DNA of 33,898 nt from Gemmatimonadaceae bacterium (GTDB lineage Bacteria; Gemmatimonadota; Gemmatimonadetes; Gemmatimonadales; Gemmatimonadaceae): NCBI GenBank assembly GCA_040902005.1, contig JBBDYA010000081.1, positions 29,919 to 63,816 on the forward strand, written 5' to 3'. The notes beneath the pieces were generated by a model, which did no database searches, had not been told where the DNA came from, and saw only the letters and a program-made list of their open reading frames with translations. The position numbers were made by a program, and so were the translations under genes. Of this stretch, positions 10,280-19,361 are shown one piece after another (position 1 is the stretch's first letter; each line of letters starts with the position of its first letter).

Positions 10280-11422
10280 TCACGGACGAATGAGGAACCC
10301 GGTGGCGACCGTCCACGCGTGCTCGCTCGCGCCACCGCTGGCGCTGCGGATCGAGTAGATGCCGCCCAGGTTCAGCTCCACGCGGCCGAGCGCCATCGGC
10401 ACGCCGAACCCACCGCTGAAGCTCTGCTCGCGCACGGCAGCGCCGGACGCGGAGAACGGCAGCGTACGCCAGCGCGCTCCCGCGCGCACGGAAATCGGAG
10501 CGCCCCCCAGGCTCGGTCCGCGCGTGTCCGACCCGATGCCGATGTCGAACCCCTCATGGATGATCAGATTGTCGCCAAGCGCGCGCATGCGCGACCAGGA
10601 ATCCCGGGCCACGCGCACGGCGATCTGCGACCCCGCGATGCCGAGGTACACCACGGACAATCCCATGTGATCGGGCGCCGAGGCGGCGTCGACTTCCGTG
10701 TCTCCTGAGTAGCTCCGGAGCGTGCCACCGCGTCGATAGGTGAGGCCGATCGCCGCCACGCGCGGCCAGAACGCCTGCGCGCCCACGGAGAGCGCGGCGC
10801 CGCCGAACCCGATGGTGGACTGCAGCGTGTCTGCCGCGAACAGCGTCGTGTCGTCGAACGCTCGCACCGACTCGAGCACCGCGCGTCCGCTGAGCCGGTG
10901 GCCGCTCACGCCGAACCGCAGCCACGACGCCGCCGCGTAGGACGCCGCCAGCCGCACGTCCGCGATGGACCCGTCGCTGCGACGCGTCATGGTGCTGGCC
11001 AGCGTGTCGGCGGCAACGAACTGCGTGTCGCGGGTCGTCGTCGCCCACGTCCGGTCGAGCAGCGTCGAGGCAGACACCGCCGCGGTCCAGCGCGAGCCCA
11101 GAGGTATCGCGCCGAAGAAGAGGGGGAAACGCGCCACCGACGTCCGCTGCCGCAGCGCGCCCAGGCGCACCTGGCGATACTCGGGCTCCGCCTGGAACAT
11201 CAGCACCGCGGTGGACAGCATGCTGATCGCGGCCGGATTCAGCGCCGACAGCGCGTCGGCCTCACCCGTGGCGCCGCCCATCATGCGCGACGGCGTGCTC
11301 AGCTGGCCGGGGGGAAAGCCGAGCCCCTGCGTGCTGAGTGTACCCTGTCCGCGTAACGCGGCGGGCGACGACACCGCGGCGAGGGCAACGAGCACCAGTG
11401 CGATCTGGACCGGGCGCGTCAT
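10280..11422 (-). CDS. Putative outer-membrane beta-barrel protein (FadL/OmpP1-like)
   Basis: Signal peptide; N-terminal 'MMGGA...NPAA' hatch-like motif; alternating amphipathic strands; C-terminal WTVATGFLIRP. ATG at 11422 overlaps the upstream stop. Confidence 0.6.
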   Translation of the reverse strand: MTRPVQIALVLVALAAVSSPAALRGQGTLSTQGLGFPPGQLSTPSRMMGGATGEADALSALNPAAISMLSTAVLMFQAEPEYRQVRLGALRQRTSVARFPLFFGAIPLGSRWTAAVSASTLLDRTWATTTRDTQFVAADTLASTMTRRSDGSIADVRLAASYAAASWLRFGVSGHRLSGRAVLESVRAFDDTTLFAADTLQSTIGFGGAALSVGAQAFWPRVAAIGLTYRRGGTLRSYSGDTEVDAASAPDHMGLSVVYLGIAGSQIAVRVARDSWSRMRALGDNLIIHEGFDIGIGSDTRGPSLGGAPISVRAGARWRTLPFSASGAAVREQSFSGGFGVPMALGRVELNLGGIYSIRSASGGASEHAWTVATGFLIRP

Positions 11423-12702
11423 GGCAATCCCGGCAGCGCCCGGGGCACGTAGGTGAGTCGGATCCTGGGACGCACGTCCATGGGCGCCTCCTTGGAGAAG
11501 AAGTCCACGAGACGGCCATCCACCCCTTCGCTCGAGGACCGCAGCGCGATGGCGCGCGGCGTGACCTCGGGATCGGTCCCACGCCACGATTTCACGAGAT
11601 CGATCAACTCGAAGGGGCGAACCGCGCTATCCGCCGGCACGGACATGGTCGAATCGAACGCGCCGGAGATGAAGAGCAGGATCCGCGCGATGTCCGTGAC
11701 GACGCCGCTGGCCGTGAGGCGAAGCGGTTGCACGGCCATCGAATCCTGCCCCTCCGGCGCATCGGGCACGGGGCGCTGCGTCATCAGGAGCGTCGCGCGG
11801 ATGATGCTGCTGCTGTCGAGGATTACCGACGGAATGTCGAAGCGCATGTAGACGCGCCGGCCGGGAATGCCGCCCACACGCAGCACGCTGGGCGGTGGCT
11901 CCGCCGGCCCGCGGAAGATGATCTGGAAGTCCGCGAGATCCGCCGCGATGGAGACGTTGTCCGGCGTGCGGGAGGTTGGGCCCATCTCGATCGCCGGCAC
12001 GTTCAGCGTGTCGGGGGAAGCCCGGAAGTACAGCAGCGGCGGGGCCCCGAAGAAGTTGCTGCTGAAGACCTGGATCTCTGCTGACCCCGTGGACACGATG
12101 CGGATGCCGATGCGAAGCCGTCGCAGCGAATCATCCGGCGCGTTGATCCTGTCCTGGATCGCCTGGCTGAGGATCGGAATGATGAGCGAATCCCGGAACT
12201 CGACTGCGGTGAACGTGCGCTCGCCCAACAGTCGCTCCCGCACGAACAGGGGTGCCAGCACCGCAGCGGACGTGTCCTCACCCGGGGAGTCCAGATCCAC
12301 GTCGTAGATCTGCACGGTAATCGGCGGACCAAGCGTGTCACTGGCCGCGACGCGCAACTTGATCACGGCGCTGTCCACCGCGGTGATGAGGCTGTCCTCC
12401 GGCACGTTGACGTGCCGGTACGTCGTCGGCAGCGAGTCATACCGCACGATGATGCCGGTCTCGAGCGTGTCCGGCCGGTACGTGAGCGCGAACTCCGCCT
12501 CCGTGCCCAGGGGCGGAAACCCGCCGATCGAGGTGTCGAGGACGACGGCGAACAGCGTCGTGTCGCGCACCTGCGCCGCCGGCTCGGGACAGAGCGCCGG
12601 ACACGCCAGCCCGCCGTCCAGCGATTCGTCGCACGCCGCGACCATGGCCGTGCCGCACAGGGCCAGCAGCAACGGTCGCGCGCGATTCAGCAAAGCCTTC
12701 AC
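11419..12702 (-). CDS. Hypothetical lipoprotein (427 aa)
   Basis: Lipobox-like ...GTAMVAA-C followed by CPALC; beta-rich body ending PRIRLTY; coupled to the OM barrel gene. Confidence 0.7.
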   Translation of the reverse strand: MKALLNRARPLLLALCGTAMVAACDESLDGGLACPALCPEPAAQVRDTTLFAVVLDTSIGGFPPLGTEAEFALTYRPDTLETGIIVRYDSLPTTYRHVNVPEDSLITAVDSAVIKLRVAASDTLGPPITVQIYDVDLDSPGEDTSAAVLAPLFVRERLLGERTFTAVEFRDSLIIPILSQAIQDRINAPDDSLRRLRIGIRIVSTGSAEIQVFSSNFFGAPPLLYFRASPDTLNVPAIEMGPTSRTPDNVSIAADLADFQIIFRGPAEPPPSVLRVGGIPGRRVYMRFDIPSVILDSSSIIRATLLMTQRPVPDAPEGQDSMAVQPLRLTASGVVTDIARILLFISGAFDSTMSVPADSAVRPFELIDLVKSWRGTDPEVTPRAIALRSSSEGVDGRLVDFFSKEAPMDVRPRIRLTYVPRALPGLP

Positions 12703-12720
12703 GGTTACACCTTGAGAGTT

Positions 12721-13176
12721 CTAATCAGACGACCTGCCGAGTGACCGCGGCGTGAATGCGTTCGGCAGGAGATCCGCCAGACGCCACCGCGCTTCCTTGC
12801 CGCCACGTGTAATACTGATCACTTCCAGCTCCGGAGAGAACTCGATCAGCGCCTGGCGGCACATGCCGCAGGGCGGTGCCGGCACGTCCGCTGCCGTGGC
12901 GATGGTGATTGCCCTGAAGTTCCGTACGCCCCGCGCGACCGCCGCCGCCAGCGCGGATCGCTCGGCACAGATGCCTACCGGCAACGCGGCGTTCTCCACG
13001 TTGCACGCATCCGTCATGCTGCCGTCAGAGGCCAGCAACGACGCTCCCACGGGAAACAATGAATATGGCGCGTAGGCGCGGTCCATCGCGGCCAGCGCGC
13101 GCTCCCGCATGGCGCGGGCCTCGTGACTCTCGCGCTCCACCGACGATCCCGTCGCCGCCCTCCCCGCCGCCGTCAC
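12721..13176 (-). CDS. cdd: Cytidine deaminase (homotetrameric type)
   Basis: AYAPYSLFPVGA, NVENA, CAERSA and PPCGMCRQ. Start GTG 13176 (GTGA overlap with deoB stop) or ATG 13110. Confidence 0.93.
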   Translation of the reverse strand: MTAAGRAATGSSVERESHEARAMRERALAAMDRAYAPYSLFPVGASLLASDGSMTDACNVENAALPVGICAERSALAAAVARGVRNFRAITIATAADVPAPPCGMCRQALIEFSPELEVISITRGGKEARWRLADLLPNAFTPRSLGRSSD

Positions 13177-14339
13177 GAGGTCACATCGGAAAGAAAGGAG
13201 TGGCCGCGGCCGCGGAACGGAATCCCGAGCCACTCCGCCACGGTCGCTCCCAGGTCGGAGAACGTCCCGCGGCGTCCGATCACCACCGGACGCACCCGCG
13301 GTCCGAACGCCATGACCGGCACGCACTCGCGCGCGTGGTCCGTTGAAGGCGTCGTTGGATCATTGCCGTGGTCGGCGGTCACAAAGAGCAGGTCGTCCTC
13401 CCGCAAGGCGGAAAGCAGGTCGGGAAGTGCCGCGTCAAACTGGCGCAGCGCCTGATGAAACCCCGGAGCGTCGTTCCGGTGCCCGAACAACTGGTCGAAA
13501 TCTACAAGATTGGCGAAGAGGAACCCACGATTCGGACCACGCAGCCACTCCAGGATGCGGGCCAGCCCATCCGCATTGTCCGCCGTATGCCGCGCCCGAA
13601 TCGCGCGCCCGGCGAACAGGTCGTCCACCTTGCCCACGCCGGCGCGCGGAATTCCCGCGTCCTCGAGGGCGTCCAGCAGGGTGGGTGCCGGCGGCTGAAT
13701 GGAGAAATCGCGGCGGTTGCCGGTGCGGACATAGGCGCCCGGGACACCCGTGAACGGGCGCGCGATCACGCGCGACACATCGTGGGGAGCCACCAGCAAC
13801 TCGCGCGCGATCTCGCAGCCGCGATACAGCTCGTCGAGCGGCACGGTGCTCTCGTGCGCCGCCACCTGAAAGACCGAATCCGCGGAGGTGTACACGATCC
13901 ACGCTCCGGAGCGCTCGTGGTCCTCACCGTAGCGCGCGATCACGTCGGTACCGCTCGCGACCACGTTCCCGATGACGTCGCGGCCCGTGCGCTCCGACAG
14001 CGCGGAGAGCACGTCCGCCGGAAAGCCGTCCGGGTAGGTGGGAAAGGGGCGCCGCAGATGGAGGCCGGCAATCTCCCAGTGCCCCGCGGTGCTGTCCTTT
14101 CCGGCTGAAGCCGGCACGAGCATCCCTACCGCGGCCGTGGGGGAGACGACCGCCGCAACGCCTGCCAGCGGCGCGATGCACCCCAGCCCGGCGCGCTCGA
14201 GGTTGGGCAGGGCGAGGCCGCCCACCGCCCGCGCGAGATTGCCGAGCGTGTTGGACCCCACGTCGCCGTACTCGGCAGCGTCGGGCGCGGCGCCGATGCC
14301 AACGCCGTCCAGCACGACGATCGCCGCCCGCCGGTTCAC
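13173..14339 (-). CDS. deoB: Phosphopentomutase
   Basis: IVVLDGVGIGAAPDA, GKDSTAGHWE, YTSADSVFQVAAHE, RVIARPF, NLVDFD.LFGHRND, TADHGNDPT and TDHARE. GTG at 14339 overlaps the alr stop. Confidence 0.96.
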   Translation of the reverse strand: MNRRAAIVVLDGVGIGAAPDAAEYGDVGSNTLGNLARAVGGLALPNLERAGLGCIAPLAGVAAVVSPTAAVGMLVPASAGKDSTAGHWEIAGLHLRRPFPTYPDGFPADVLSALSERTGRDVIGNVVASGTDVIARYGEDHERSGAWIVYTSADSVFQVAAHESTVPLDELYRGCEIARELLVAPHDVSRVIARPFTGVPGAYVRTGNRRDFSIQPPAPTLLDALEDAGIPRAGVGKVDDLFAGRAIRARHTADNADGLARILEWLRGPNRGFLFANLVDFDQLFGHRNDAPGFHQALRQFDAALPDLLSALREDDLLFVTADHGNDPTTPSTDHARECVPVMAFGPRVRPVVIGRRGTFSDLGATVAEWLGIPFRGRGHSFLSDVTS

Positions 14340-15415
14340 GCGTCGGTGCCCACGTACAGCCGGGGCAGGCGCATGCGCAGGCCGGTGAGCAGCTCGTAGG
14401 GTGACAGGTCGGCGCAGGCAGCCACGGCGCCCACGGTGAGCAGCGCGTCGCCGTCGCGGCCGAGAAAGGTGACGATGTCGCCGGGCGCGCATTTCCTGTC
14501 GGTCACGTCGAGCATCGTCATGTCCATGGTGACCACGCCCACGACCGGCACCTGTTCGCCGTTGAGCAGGGCATGCGCCCGGTTGCCCAGCGCGCGGCGA
14601 TACCCGTCCGCGTAGCCAAGGGCCACCGTGGCCACGCGCCCCGCACGGGGGGCGCGCCAGCTGGCATCGTAGCTCACCGTGTCCCCTTCCTGGACGACCC
14701 GGACCTCCGTGATGCGACCGCGCATCGTGACCACGGGATCAGGCGCAATCGCCGCGTCGCCGCCACTCCCCACGCCGTACAGGAAGATCCCTGGTCGCGC
14801 GACGTTGTACGGTGACGGCGCGCGATGTTCGATCGCCGCAGAGTTGTCGGCGTGCAACAGCATGGGCACGGACGGCAGGAGCTTCAGCGCGTCGGCGAAC
14901 CGCCGCTCCTGCTCCTCGCGCGAGCCATCCGCGAGCTGCGCGGAATGGAAGTGGGTGCACACGCCCTCGGGGGGGTGGGCGTCGATCAGGTCGCGAAGCC
15001 CCGCCACGTCGCGCCAGGGCACGCCGGCGCGGCCCATGCCGGTGTCGATGCCCAGGTGCCAGGGATCGCCGTGTCCCGACCAGATCTCGATTGCGCGGCG
15101 GTCCCCGAGGACCGGACAGAGCCGCGCACGGCGCGCCGCATCGAATTGCGTCGGAAGCAGCGGAGACACGACGAGGATGGGAAGCGTGATTGCGGCGCGA
15201 CGCAGCTCGTCCCCTTCTTCCACCGTGGCCACGCCGAACCCCCAGGGCTCGAGCGGCAGCAGCGCGCGCGCCACGCGAACCGCGCCCAGGCCGTACGCGT
15301 CGGCCTTGACCATCGGGAGCAGCGGAACGCCCGCGGCCCGCGCGAAGCGTTCCCCATTACGCACCAGCGCGCCGAGGTCGATTTCGACCCAGGCGCGCGT
15401 CATCAGCCGTTCCAT
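14336..15415 (-). CDS. alr: Alanine racemase
   Basis: RAWVEIDL, PLP lysine motif VKADAYG, HLGIDTGMGRAG, RPGIFLYG, GYADG, VGVVTMDM and SPYELL. Start ATG 15415 or 15403. Confidence 0.95.
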   Translation of the reverse strand: MERLMTRAWVEIDLGALVRNGERFARAAGVPLLPMVKADAYGLGAVRVARALLPLEPWGFGVATVEEGDELRRAAITLPILVVSPLLPTQFDAARRARLCPVLGDRRAIEIWSGHGDPWHLGIDTGMGRAGVPWRDVAGLRDLIDAHPPEGVCTHFHSAQLADGSREEQERRFADALKLLPSVPMLLHADNSAAIEHRAPSPYNVARPGIFLYGVGSGGDAAIAPDPVVTMRGRITEVRVVQEGDTVSYDASWRAPRAGRVATVALGYADGYRRALGNRAHALLNGEQVPVVGVVTMDMTMLDVTDRKCAPGDIVTFLGRDGDALLTVGAVAACADLSPYELLTGLRMRLPRLYVGTDA

Positions 15416-15420
15416 TTCGC

Positions 15421-15471
15421 TATGATGTTCCGAGTCGGCGTAGTATACCGGACCCACCGGAGACCGAGCAA
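15421..15471. promoter_or_regulatory. Divergent alr/mazG promoter region: minus strand TTGCTC-N18-TATACT (15471-15442); plus strand TATGAT (15421-15426)
   Basis: Hexamers read directly in the 56-bp gap between divergent genes. Confidence 0.5.
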
Positions 15472-16224
15472 GTGAAATCGTCGCTGGAAGATACGCTGGA
15501 ACTGATGCGCGACCTGCGCCGCCGCTGCGACTGGGACGGCGCGCAAACCCACGAGTCCCTGCGGCCGTACCTCATCGAGGAGGCGCACGAGGTGGACGAG
15601 GCGCTCCAGCTGGGGGACGACGGGCGGCTGCGGGAGGAGCTGGGGGATCTGCTGCTGCAGATCCTCTTTCACGCCGTGATCGCCGAAGAGCGGGGGGCGT
15701 TCGGGATGCACGACGTGGCAAGCGGGTTCGTCACGAAGATGAAGGGACGACACCCCCACCTGTACGGCGAGGGGGGTGGGGGGGCGCGCGAGCCCTGGGA
15801 GAAGATGAAGGCGAAGAAGCGGACGAGTCTGACGGACGGCCTCCCCGCGGGACTGCCGTCGCTGCACCGCGCGTTCCGGCTTCAGGACCGTGCGGCCGGC
15901 GTCGGATTCGACTGGCCCACCACGGAAGGGCCGGTGGAGAAGGTGCGCGAGGAGCTAGTCGAAGTGGAGCAGGAGCTTGCCGCGGGCGAGGGCGCCGGGG
16001 GCAAACTGCACGACGAGATCGGGGATCTGCTGTTCGCGGTGGTGAACCTGGCGCGGAAGGCAGGGGTCCACCCGGCGCTCGCGCTGGACCGCGCGAACCT
16101 CAAGTTCTCACGCCGGTTCGCCCACATCGAGAAGCTGGCAGCGGACCGCGGAATCGTGGTGGCGGACGCCGGGCTGGCCGTTCTCGATTCGCTCTGGGAT
16201 GAAGTGAAGCGATCCGAGGGTTGA
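15472..16224 (+). CDS. mazG: Nucleoside triphosphate pyrophosphohydrolase MazG
   Basis: CDWD..QTHESL.PYLIEEAHEV, EELGDLLLQ, RHPH, second domain GFDW..KVREE..DEIGDLLF..KFSRRF, and LWDEVK. Confidence 0.96.
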   Translation: MKSSLEDTLELMRDLRRRCDWDGAQTHESLRPYLIEEAHEVDEALQLGDDGRLREELGDLLLQILFHAVIAEERGAFGMHDVASGFVTKMKGRHPHLYGEGGGGAREPWEKMKAKKRTSLTDGLPAGLPSLHRAFRLQDRAAGVGFDWPTTEGPVEKVREELVEVEQELAAGEGAGGKLHDEIGDLLFAVVNLARKAGVHPALALDRANLKFSRRFAHIEKLAADRGIVVADAGLAVLDSLWDEVKRSEG

Positions 16225-16236
16225 CAACCCAGCTCT

Positions 16237-16417
16237 GAGGTCCGAGACGTCAGGACCTCCTGGTTCTCGGTGGTCAGTACTGAGTGCCGCGCGAGGCATG
16301 GAGTGAAACAGAGCCGGGCTGTGGTGCATCCCTGGAACACGCTGAACGACTCACATCTCTCCGACCACTGAGGACTGACTGCCGAGAACCAGCACGCCCT
16401 GTACGCTGAGCTCTCAG
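16237..16417. repeat. Structured intergenic inverted-repeat element between convergent mazG and asnS
   Basis: 27-nt imperfect IR at 16260-16286 / 16366-16392 (23/27 matches; two mismatches are G-U compatible on the + strand); hairpin GAGGTCC...GGACCTC at 16237-16259; palindrome CTGAG-CT-CTCAG at 16406-16417. Confidence 0.75.
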
Positions 16418-16435
16418 AACTCGGTGTTGAAAACA

Positions 16436-17737
16436 TCAGGGTTTCAGGCGGTACATCATCCTTGGAAACAGGCTCGCTTCACGAATGTGAGCCAATCCGC
16501 AGATCCAGGCCACCGTGCGTTCCAGTCCGAGCCCGAACCCCGAGTGCACGAACGTCCCGTACTTCCGGAGCTCCAGGTACCAGTCGTACGCGTCGAGTGG
16601 CAGTCCCTCGTGCGTGATGCGCGCCAGCAGCTTGTCGTGGTCGTCCTCGCGCTGCGATCCGCCGATGATTTCGCCGTAGCCCTCCGGCGCAAGGCAGTCG
16701 TCGCACAGCACCGTCCGCGGGTCCGCGGGATTCTCCTTCATATAGAAGGCCTTCGCTTCCTTCGGGTAGTTCATCACGAAGATCGGCCGATCGTAGTCGG
16801 CGACGAGCAGCGCTTCGTCCTCGGCACCGAGGTCCTGGCCCCACTCGATCGCGCTCCCCTTCTGCTGGAGCGTTGCTACCGCGTCGGTGTACTCGAGGCG
16901 CGGAAAGGGCGCCTTCACCGTCTCCAGCCTGGCCGTATCCCGCTCCAGCGTCTTCAGCGCCTCGCCGCAGCGGTCAAGCACGCGCCGCACCAAGTACGCG
17001 ATGAATTCCTCCTGAAGGCGCATGTTGTCCTGCGAGTCGTACCACGCCATCTCCGGCTCGATCATCCAGAACTCGGTGAGATGCCGGCGCGTCTTGGACT
17101 TCTCGGCGCGGAAGGTCGGACCGAACGTGTAGATCAACCCGAAGGCCGCGGCCGCCGCTTCGCCGTACAGCTGGCCGGTCTGCGCCAGGTACGCTATTCC
17201 CTCCTCGAAGTACTGCGTCTCGAACAGGCCACTGCGCTCGCCGATCGCCGCGGTGAGGATGGGCGTATCGGTGCGCAGGAATCCGCGCTCGTAGAAGAAG
17301 TCGTGGATCGCCTGCTCGATTTCGTTCCGCACCACGAAGATCGCGCGCTGCCTGGGGCTGCGCAGCCACAGGTGCCGGCGATCGAGCAGGAAGTCCACCC
17401 CGTGCTCCTTCGGCTGGATGGGGTAGTCCAGCGGGCTTGGTCCGATGATCCTGAGCTCGCTCACGCCCAGATCGAATCCGCCGGGCGCGCGCGGCTCCGC
17501 GCGCACCTCGCCCGTGATCGCCACGGACGTCTCGAGGGTCAGCTCCTGGAACCGCGCCCACACCTCCGGGGACACCTGTGTCTTCACGAAGACCGCCTGC
17601 GCCACCCCCCCGCCGTCGCGGAGCACCGCGAACGCCACCTTGCCGGAGGAGCGCAGGTGGGTGACCCAGGCGTGAACGGTGACATGCTGGCCGGTGCGCT
17701 CACCAAGTTCGGCGAGACGGGTGTTTTCGAGCGACAT
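16436..17737 (-). CDS. asnS: Asparagine--tRNA ligase
   Basis: OB-fold N-terminus, RHLWLRS, YLAQTGQLYGE, motif 2 FRAEKSKTRRHLTEFWMIEPE, GEIIGGSQRE and motif 3 HSGFGLGLER. Start ATG 17737. Confidence 0.96.
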   Translation of the reverse strand: MSLENTRLAELGERTGQHVTVHAWVTHLRSSGKVAFAVLRDGGGVAQAVFVKTQVSPEVWARFQELTLETSVAITGEVRAEPRAPGGFDLGVSELRIIGPSPLDYPIQPKEHGVDFLLDRRHLWLRSPRQRAIFVVRNEIEQAIHDFFYERGFLRTDTPILTAAIGERSGLFETQYFEEGIAYLAQTGQLYGEAAAAAFGLIYTFGPTFRAEKSKTRRHLTEFWMIEPEMAWYDSQDNMRLQEEFIAYLVRRVLDRCGEALKTLERDTARLETVKAPFPRLEYTDAVATLQQKGSAIEWGQDLGAEDEALLVADYDRPIFVMNYPKEAKAFYMKENPADPRTVLCDDCLAPEGYGEIIGGSQREDDHDKLLARITHEGLPLDAYDWYLELRKYGTFVHSGFGLGLERTVAWICGLAHIREASLFPRMMYRLKP

Positions 17738-17822
17738 GACTGTGACGTACGAAGGGCGGTGGGTGTGCGGAACCTCGCCGAACACTACCTGCCTCAGCGC
17801 AAAGCGGGCACCCCCGGCCCGG

Positions 17823-17838
17823 CGGCGCTTTCCTTGCT
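17823..17838 (+). promoter_or_regulatory. Putative sigma-54 (-24/-12) promoter for the HK-lipoprotein pair
   Basis: CGGCGC-tttcc-TTGCT gives GG-N10-GC spacing, close to the TGGCAC-N5-TTGCW consensus, 32 nt before ATG 17871. Confidence 0.5.
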
Positions 17839-17870
17839 ACCAAACGGGCCGGATCCATGCACCTACAGAC

Positions 17871-19361
17871 ATGACGCTGCGCACCAGGCTGACCCTCGGC
17901 CTCCTCACGATCGCGGTCATCCTCGTCGTGCCGCTGCTCGTCGCCACCCGGTCACTGGACAGACTGCACAGCGAAGCCAAGGCGCTGCGGGATGGCGACT
18001 TCGCGGCGTCTCTCGTCCTCGGCCAGTTGCGCGAAGCCATCAACGGCGTGCGCTCCGCCGAAATCGCCCTCCTGTTCGTGCGGCAGGAGAGCAGTCGCGA
18101 GGCCATGACGGAGCGCATCAGGACGGTTGAGGAACTCTCCGACTCGCTCGAGCGCTACGGGCTTCACGAGGCGGCGGCCGAGGTTCGGTCCGCCATGGAC
18201 GCCGTCGCGGCCGGGACCGCCCAGGAATACGCCGCGGCGATCGGCGGGCGGCTGAACGAGGCCGAGGCCCTGTCGGACGAGCGCGTCGTCCCCGGGATCA
18301 CCCGGGCGGAGGTGGCCGTGAGTTCCGCCGAACAGTCGCTCCGGGAACGCACGCATCACCGGGTGGTGCAGGCAGCGGCGGCGGCCAGCAATGGTAGTGA
18401 TGGCGCGCTCATCGGCATGGCCCTGGCCCTCCTTGCCGCCGCGGTCATCGCCGTGCTCCTCATGCAGAGCATCCATCGCCCGATCAGCGAGTTGGAGCGC
18501 GGCATGCGACAAGTGGCGGATGGTGACTTCACCGCCAAATTGTCGACTCCGCCGGACCGGACGGATGAGTTCGGTCAACTCTCCGCCAGTTTCGCTGACA
18601 TGACCCGGCAGCTCGCCGAGCTCGACAAACTCAAGGCGGAGTTCGTGTCCGTGGCGTCGCACGAGCTCAAGACCCCCATCAACGTCATCCTCGGCTACAC
18701 GCAACTGCTTCAGGAGGACCTGTACGGCCCGCTGACCGACAAACAGCGCAAGGTGGCCGACGTGCTCGAGAAGCAGACGCAAACGCTGTCGCGCCTCGTG
18801 CGCCAGTTGCTGGACGTCACTCGCTTCGAGGCCGGCGGCGGCAAGCTAGACGCGCGGCCCATCCCCCTGGAGGGATTCCTGGACCACCTGGAGCAGTCCT
18901 TCCAGGTGCTGGCCGATCAGCGCAGCGTGCGCTTCAACGTCACCCTCAACGACGGGCTGCCGGACACGGTGCACTGGGATGCGGACCGCGTGAACGAGGT
19001 GCTCGGCAACCTTCTCTCGAATGCGTTCAAGTTCACCGAGCGTGGGGGCGAGGTGGAGCTCACCGTGCTTCCCGTCGATCACAGCGTGCAGATGGAGATC
19101 CGCGACACAGGCGCCGGCATTCCGGAGGACCAGGTGCACCGCATCTTCGACAAGTTCTTCCAGGCCGACAACCAGGCCGCCGCAACGAAAGGGGGCTCGG
19201 GGCTGGGGCTGTCCATCGCGCGGCAGATCGTCGAGGCGCACAACGGGGCGATCACCTGCGACAGTACGCCGGGCGTGGGAACGACCTTCACCATCGTGCT
19301 CCCGCAGCACGTCACCGGCCGCCGGAGCTCCATTCAGCAGCAGGCCATGGTGGAAGCATGA
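17871..19361 (+). CDS. Membrane sensor histidine kinase (TM-periplasmic helical domain-TM-HAMP-HisKA-HATPase)
   Basis: Start MTLRTRLTLG; two TM helices; HAMP (PISEL...DEFGQL); H-box ASHELKTPI; NLLSNAFKFT; DTGAGI; GSGLGL. Confidence 0.94.
   Translation: MTLRTRLTLGLLTIAVILVVPLLVATRSLDRLHSEAKALRDGDFAASLVLGQLREAINGVRSAEIALLFVRQESSREAMTERIRTVEELSDSLERYGLHEAAAEVRSAMDAVAAGTAQEYAAAIGGRLNEAEALSDERVVPGITRAEVAVSSAEQSLRERTHHRVVQAAAAASNGSDGALIGMALALLAAAVIAVLLMQSIHRPISELERGMRQVADGDFTAKLSTPPDRTDEFGQLSASFADMTRQLAELDKLKAEFVSVASHELKTPINVILGYTQLLQEDLYGPLTDKQRKVADVLEKQTQTLSRLVRQLLDVTRFEAGGGKLDARPIPLEGFLDHLEQSFQVLADQRSVRFNVTLNDGLPDTVHWDADRVNEVLGNLLSNAFKFTERGGEVELTVLPVDHSVQMEIRDTGAGIPEDQVHRIFDKFFQADNQAAATKGGSGLGLSIARQIVEAHNGAITCDSTPGVGTTFTIVLPQHVTGRRSSIQQQAMVEA

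Noticed and set aside
16221..16250. Perfect TTGACA at the mazG stop as a promoter for an sRNA such as 6S RNA
   Set aside because: No -10-like hexamer 16-18 nt downstream, and I recognised no 6S central-bubble features; an Rfam scan would settle it.
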